DNA from: a virus | Taxonomy: Duplodnaviria > Caudoviricetes | Virus record (IMG/VR): IMGVR_UViG_3300037461_000489 | Location: 1-29,470 of that record | Direction: 5' to 3' (one strand) | DNA: 29,470 nucleotides | Notes under the pieces: model-generated | Seen by the model: only the letters and a program-made list of their open reading frames with translations | The model's database searches: none | Told to the model about the DNA's origin: nothing | Shown here: positions 25,894 to 29,470 of the stretch, in pieces | How positions within the stretch are numbered: position 1 is the first letter of the stretch | Layout of the letters: each line of letters starts with the position of its first letter | Translations under genes and position numbers: made by a program

Positions 25894-25926
25894 ACAAAAC
25901 GCGCCAGTGCTCCTGGCGCGTTTTGT
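25894..25926. terminator. Bidirectional terminator between convergent early and late operons
   Basis: Perfect 14-bp inverted repeat ACAAAACGCGCCAG / CTGGCGCGTTTTGT. Confidence 0.88.
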
Positions 25927-26001
25927 CATGTTTGTCACCCCTCTCATTCATCTCCGAAGGTTCCCCTCCCGTCAAACGTTTGCTCGCTTGACTATGCGAA
26001 T

Positions 26002-26057
26002 CGCACGTTGGGGCCTCACCTGGCACTTTTCGCCGGCGGCCAATGCCCCAACGCGCG
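26002..26057 (-). repeat. Long hairpin containing a divergent copy of the TTGGGGC..TGGCCGC / CCAGGTSAGGCC motif
   Basis: 13-bp outer stem with one G-U on the minus strand; 14/16 and 11/12 matches to 16715-16730 and 16701-16712. Confidence 0.7.
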
Positions 26058-26061
26058 GCGG

Positions 26062-26553
26062 CTATACCTTCACCCCAACCTCCGCGCTCAGCTTCCGCAA
26101 CAGCGTCGTCCAGCTATGCGCCTCTCGCTCCCAAATCACAACCGTCCGGGTAGGTCCACCCATCCTGGCGCTGATCATCATCTCCTTCCAGTCATCCCTT
26201 GGACCTTTCCCCGCTGCGTCCCCGTGCCAGTGCTCACCGCGCACGTCGATCACCACCGTTGTCCGATTCTGCTGCACAACAAAGTCCAGCACCTGCCCGC
26301 CGGGTAATCTCCGCCCCCCCATAAAGTGCTGCTGAAACGCGATGTCGCTCGCATCGTACCCCAATGCCCGCAGGCCTCGGTACGTTGCCCACTCGATATC
26401 GGACGCCGGTAGTCCTCCGATCGTATGGCCTGCCTCTGCTGGATCGGACGTCCTGTCTTTCACCTGCTCCGGCGTCGCTGGTCTCGGCGATTCCCCCCGG
26501 CTCGCCTTTTGTTGCGTACCCAGCTTTGGCACTTTCGTCGTCATAGCGCTCAC
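26062..26553 (-). CDS. Vsr/DUF559-like PD-(D/E)xK endonuclease
   Basis: SDIEWATY..L...FQQ...VLDFVV...VIDVRGEHWHG...RD...VVIWE; start is GTG 26553 (GTGA overlap) or ATG 26544. Confidence 0.75.
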   Translation of the reverse strand: MSAMTTKVPKLGTQQKASRGESPRPATPEQVKDRTSDPAEAGHTIGGLPASDIEWATYRGLRALGYDASDIAFQQHFMGGRRLPGGQVLDFVVQQNRTTVVIDVRGEHWHGDAAGKGPRDDWKEMMISARMGGPTRTVVIWEREAHSWTTLLRKLSAEVGVKV

Positions 26554-29114
26554 GGCGCCCCGATCTCCACGATCCCCAGTCTCGCCACCCGCCGCTCTGC
26601 TACACCCGCCCCATGCTGCCACTCGAGCACACGCACGTCCACCGGCTCCACAAACACGCTGCGGTTGTCGTACTCCGCCAGTACATGCCGCATCGTCAGG
26701 GGTTGCGGACTGCTCGCCCACCCGTCCAGAATCCCGATGACGCTTTCCACTCCCCTCGCCACCGGCTTCCCGTTCAACGTTACCACCTGGTTTTCCAGCA
26801 ACACGTGAGTCGAGTACGCAAAACGCGGCGTCACCCGCCCCACGGCCTCCACACTGAAGGCCTCGACCACCGGCGTCGTCGTGTCTGCCGTGGCCCGCGT
26901 CAACGTGAGTTTTAGCCTCAGCTTGGTCCCCACCACGTCGCCCAAATCGAAACGCCGCACCGGGTCGCCTGCGTCCGGACTGACGCTCACCCACGTTGCG
27001 TCCTCGTCATCGAGCTGGTAACTCGCCGCCAGCGTCGCCCCGTTCAACTCAATGAACACCGCCAGCTCGTGCCAGCACTTCTCGATGTCCATCATCTCTG
27101 TGCCGAGCCAGCCAGTGATGATCTCGCCGGTGGCTGCATACGTCGCCGTCGCGTCCCGCGTGCGGTCGAAGTTCGCGCCGCTCATCATCAGCCATCGCAA
27201 GGTCGCGCCCTCACCCCAGTACAATCGCCCCAATCCGTCCGCCAGCGTATCATACCCCAGCGCCGTGATCCGCGCTCCCTCGATCTCCGCCCTCGCCATC
27301 TCGTGCCAGCCCAGGCTATTGTACGCCAGCACACAGCTCGTTCCCGCCGCCCCAGCATCCACCGCCACGATCAACAGCCCAGGCAGCGGCAAAATGCAAG
27401 CGATGTTCCCCTGCCTTCCCTCGGGCAATCCTTCTCCAAGGTTCGGCCCGAAGTCGTCTACCTGGTTCGAGTACATGCGCTCGAGGCTCTGCCGCAACGG
27501 GAACGCCAAATGCAAATTCCAGCTCACCATTCCCCGGCAGTTCTCCGGCCCCGCCATGCTCCCGAAATCCAGCGGGATCCGCCTCGGCACATCCTCCTGC
27601 ACCGCCCACAGACCGTCCTCTTTCCCAACATACAGCATATCGTCGTACACCGTCAACGCCGTGATCCGGCTGTCCGCCGTCCCCACGTCCATCGCCGTCC
27701 CGAACGTCAGATTTGTCCCCCATGCCTGGAGGGGCGCGTTGCTGATCTGGTTCGCCAGTCCACGCCACAGCGCCGGATCGTTGTCAGCGTCGCGAAACAA
27801 CAACAGCTCGTCCCCCTGGCTCGCATCGGTTGCGCTCTGGTGGCCGCTCGCGTTCGTCCACCGGTACCGCGTCATCGCTGCCAACGTTCTGTGCGCCAGA
27901 TACACGATCTCGCCGGTCACCGCCACACTGCTCACGCCATAACTCAGCGTGAGCACCAGTTGCCATGTCCCTGTCACGGCGATGATGCTGGTTGTGTCCG
28001 GCACGATGTCCATCGGCCTATCGAGATAGAGCACCGTCCCGCTGCTCTGTGTACTCTGGAGCTTCGCCCACTGCCCGGCGCCCTTGCCCTCGATCACCTT
28101 CACCGTCGCGCCTGTCCACGCACTGAAGTCGGTTGCTGTAGTGATCGTCTGCCGAGTCGCTGCTGTCGCCGCCGCCCGCTTCCCTCGCGCGTAAAGTTTC
28201 GCGCCGTTGCTGCCCGCGTTCGAGACGACGTGCAGCAGTCCCTTGTACGCGAAGAACGGCCCGGGACTGCCGTCCACGAAAGCCAGCTTGTAGTCCGCTA
28301 TGGTCGTATCTTCGCTCCAGGAACTGCCCTCGTAGCTGTACTTCCAGGCCTTGCCAGTGTACTTGCTCGTGCTGTGTCCCCTGATCTGCACACTGCCTGT
28401 CCCCCAGTAGATGCCACTGAAAACCACGGCATATGACGTGCCTGCCGTCAGGCTCACAGCCGCATTGAACATCGCCTCCCCTCGCTTCTCCGTCCCATCC
28501 TCGAGGTAGGCGTATCCCGTCACCAGTACCGTGTTGGGATACGGGTCGGCGCCGGTCGTGCTGCACAGTTCCACCATCAGCATGTCGTAGCCCGCCTCGA
28601 GCGCCGCGTCGTAAATGAACAGCAGCCCCTGCACGGTGATCGTGCTAGCGGGCGTGAACACCTGCGCCCGCTTATAGCCGTTCGCCTCCGGATACTGCGA
28701 TCCCACAGTTGTTTCATCGTCCGTTGTCACCCAACCCAGCTCGAGCACGCGCAGCGTGGTATCATCTGTTGCCAACGGCCCCAGCGTCAGCTTCCCAGGT
28801 ATCCAGCTCATGATTCCGGTTGCATCGTTGTACTTCGTGGGGTCGTCCAGCACGGCCATCCCCGCCCGGCCTCCGGCCCAGTCATCCTGAGCCATCGCAT
28901 AGAACGGCGGCTCTAGGTCGCTGTAAGCCGTTCTCCCCGTCCCCGTTTTCATCGAAGTCCGCTGCATCGCCTGTCGCGCCCAATGCCTCAGGCTGCGCTC
29001 TTTCCCGCTCGGGTCGCAGCACAGGAAGCCGAGAGTGTTCGTCCCGTCGCTTAGGGTAAAGTGATACTCGGGGTGTTGGTCGGTGTCCATATCCTCACAC
29101 TCTCTTTCGGCCAT
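26550..29114 (-). CDS. Tail nozzle/tubular-protein-B-like virion protein (beta-propeller) with inserted beta domains
   Basis: QDDWAGG near the N-terminus; propeller-like ITALTVYDDMLYVGKEDGLW; C-terminal GEIITGW..EKCW..KLRLKLTL..TPVV; start may be 29090. Confidence 0.62.
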   Translation of the reverse strand: MAERECEDMDTDQHPEYHFTLSDGTNTLGFLCCDPSGKERSLRHWARQAMQRTSMKTGTGRTAYSDLEPPFYAMAQDDWAGGRAGMAVLDDPTKYNDATGIMSWIPGKLTLGPLATDDTTLRVLELGWVTTDDETTVGSQYPEANGYKRAQVFTPASTITVQGLLFIYDAALEAGYDMLMVELCSTTGADPYPNTVLVTGYAYLEDGTEKRGEAMFNAAVSLTAGTSYAVVFSGIYWGTGSVQIRGHSTSKYTGKAWKYSYEGSSWSEDTTIADYKLAFVDGSPGPFFAYKGLLHVVSNAGSNGAKLYARGKRAAATAATRQTITTATDFSAWTGATVKVIEGKGAGQWAKLQSTQSSGTVLYLDRPMDIVPDTTSIIAVTGTWQLVLTLSYGVSSVAVTGEIVYLAHRTLAAMTRYRWTNASGHQSATDASQGDELLLFRDADNDPALWRGLANQISNAPLQAWGTNLTFGTAMDVGTADSRITALTVYDDMLYVGKEDGLWAVQEDVPRRIPLDFGSMAGPENCRGMVSWNLHLAFPLRQSLERMYSNQVDDFGPNLGEGLPEGRQGNIACILPLPGLLIVAVDAGAAGTSCVLAYNSLGWHEMARAEIEGARITALGYDTLADGLGRLYWGEGATLRWLMMSGANFDRTRDATATYAATGEIITGWLGTEMMDIEKCWHELAVFIELNGATLAASYQLDDEDATWVSVSPDAGDPVRRFDLGDVVGTKLRLKLTLTRATADTTTPVVEAFSVEAVGRVTPRFAYSTHVLLENQVVTLNGKPVARGVESVIGILDGWASSPQPLTMRHVLAEYDNRSVFVEPVDVRVLEWQHGAGVAERRVARLGIVEIGAP

Positions 29115-29470
29115 GTCGCCGCCATCAGCGGCCGCTGGCGCTCCGCCATCTCCAGCGCAAAGTCCGCTAATCTCTGCGCGGCGCTATCGTCGTAGCCCAC
29201 CCTCCCCGTCACCGCTCTGGCCGCCGCATGGATCGCGTACCACGTCATAAACTCGACCGGCACGTCGCTCGGAACCGTCGCCGTGTAGTCCGCCCAGTCC
29301 ACAGACGGACTGGTGGTATACGTCACGCGAATCGCCCACGTGTTCCACGGCGCCTGTCGAAACGCCAAGGTGCCGCCGCTCCGTTGCTCCCACTCACGCC
29401 ACTCGCTCACCAATGTTCCGTCAGCTACTGGCTGCACCATCTCCACACGCCGCACGGTCCCGGCTGCCAC
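29051..29470 (-). CDS. Partial gene, probable head-tail adaptor (5' end outside the window)
   Basis: Frame is open at the window edge; IRVTY...VP.EF..WYA pattern; directly upstream of the nozzle-like gene. Confidence 0.5.
   Translation of the reverse strand: MAAGTVRRVEMVQPVADGTLVSEWREWEQRSGGTLAFRQAPWNTWAIRVTYTTSPSVDWADYTATVPSDVPVEFMTWYAIHAAARAVTGRVGYDDSAAQRLADFALEMAERQRPLMAATWPKESVRIWTPTNTPSITLP

Larger units (their letters stand above)
1..29470. mobile_element. Temperate podovirus-like phage (candidate phage-plasmid), near-complete, circularly permuted
   Basis: Capsid, scaffold, portal, TerL/TerS, holin, integrase with internal attP, Rep with iterons and ParM/ParR are present; no host housekeeping genes; phage genes flank both sides of the att site. 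Confidence 0.92.

Overview
The whole window looks like most of one small temperate phage genome with podovirus-type structural genes, probably in its excised or circular form. A Chloroflexota (Anaerolineae-like) host is inferred from the holin and Rep families, not shown. The minus strand carries the late operon: holin, coiled-coil membrane protein, small virion protein, beta-helix protein, TerS, TerL, portal, three small proteins, a ~2650-aa internal virion protein, scaffold and major capsid. It logically continues off the left edge and re-enters at the right edge (adaptor fragment, tail nozzle-like protein, Vsr/DUF559-like nuclease). The centre holds a tyrosine integrase next to a 51-bp tRNA(CAT) 3' fragment (putative attP) and a small HTH gene. 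The plus-strand early operon encodes an XRE HTH protein, a DnaA-N/winged-helix initiator ending in six palindromic iterons, an actin-like ParM plus ParR-like pair, and small hypothetical proteins. The most notable points are (1) tRNA integration and plasmid-type replication/segregation in one ~30-kb phage, (2) a family of structured repeats just after stop codons in the late operon, partly fused to a GTAG-type REP palindrome, and (3) several promoter-plus-hairpin units predicting short RNAs with anti-Shine-Dalgarno motifs. All protein calls come from motif recognition by eye; no database search was run.
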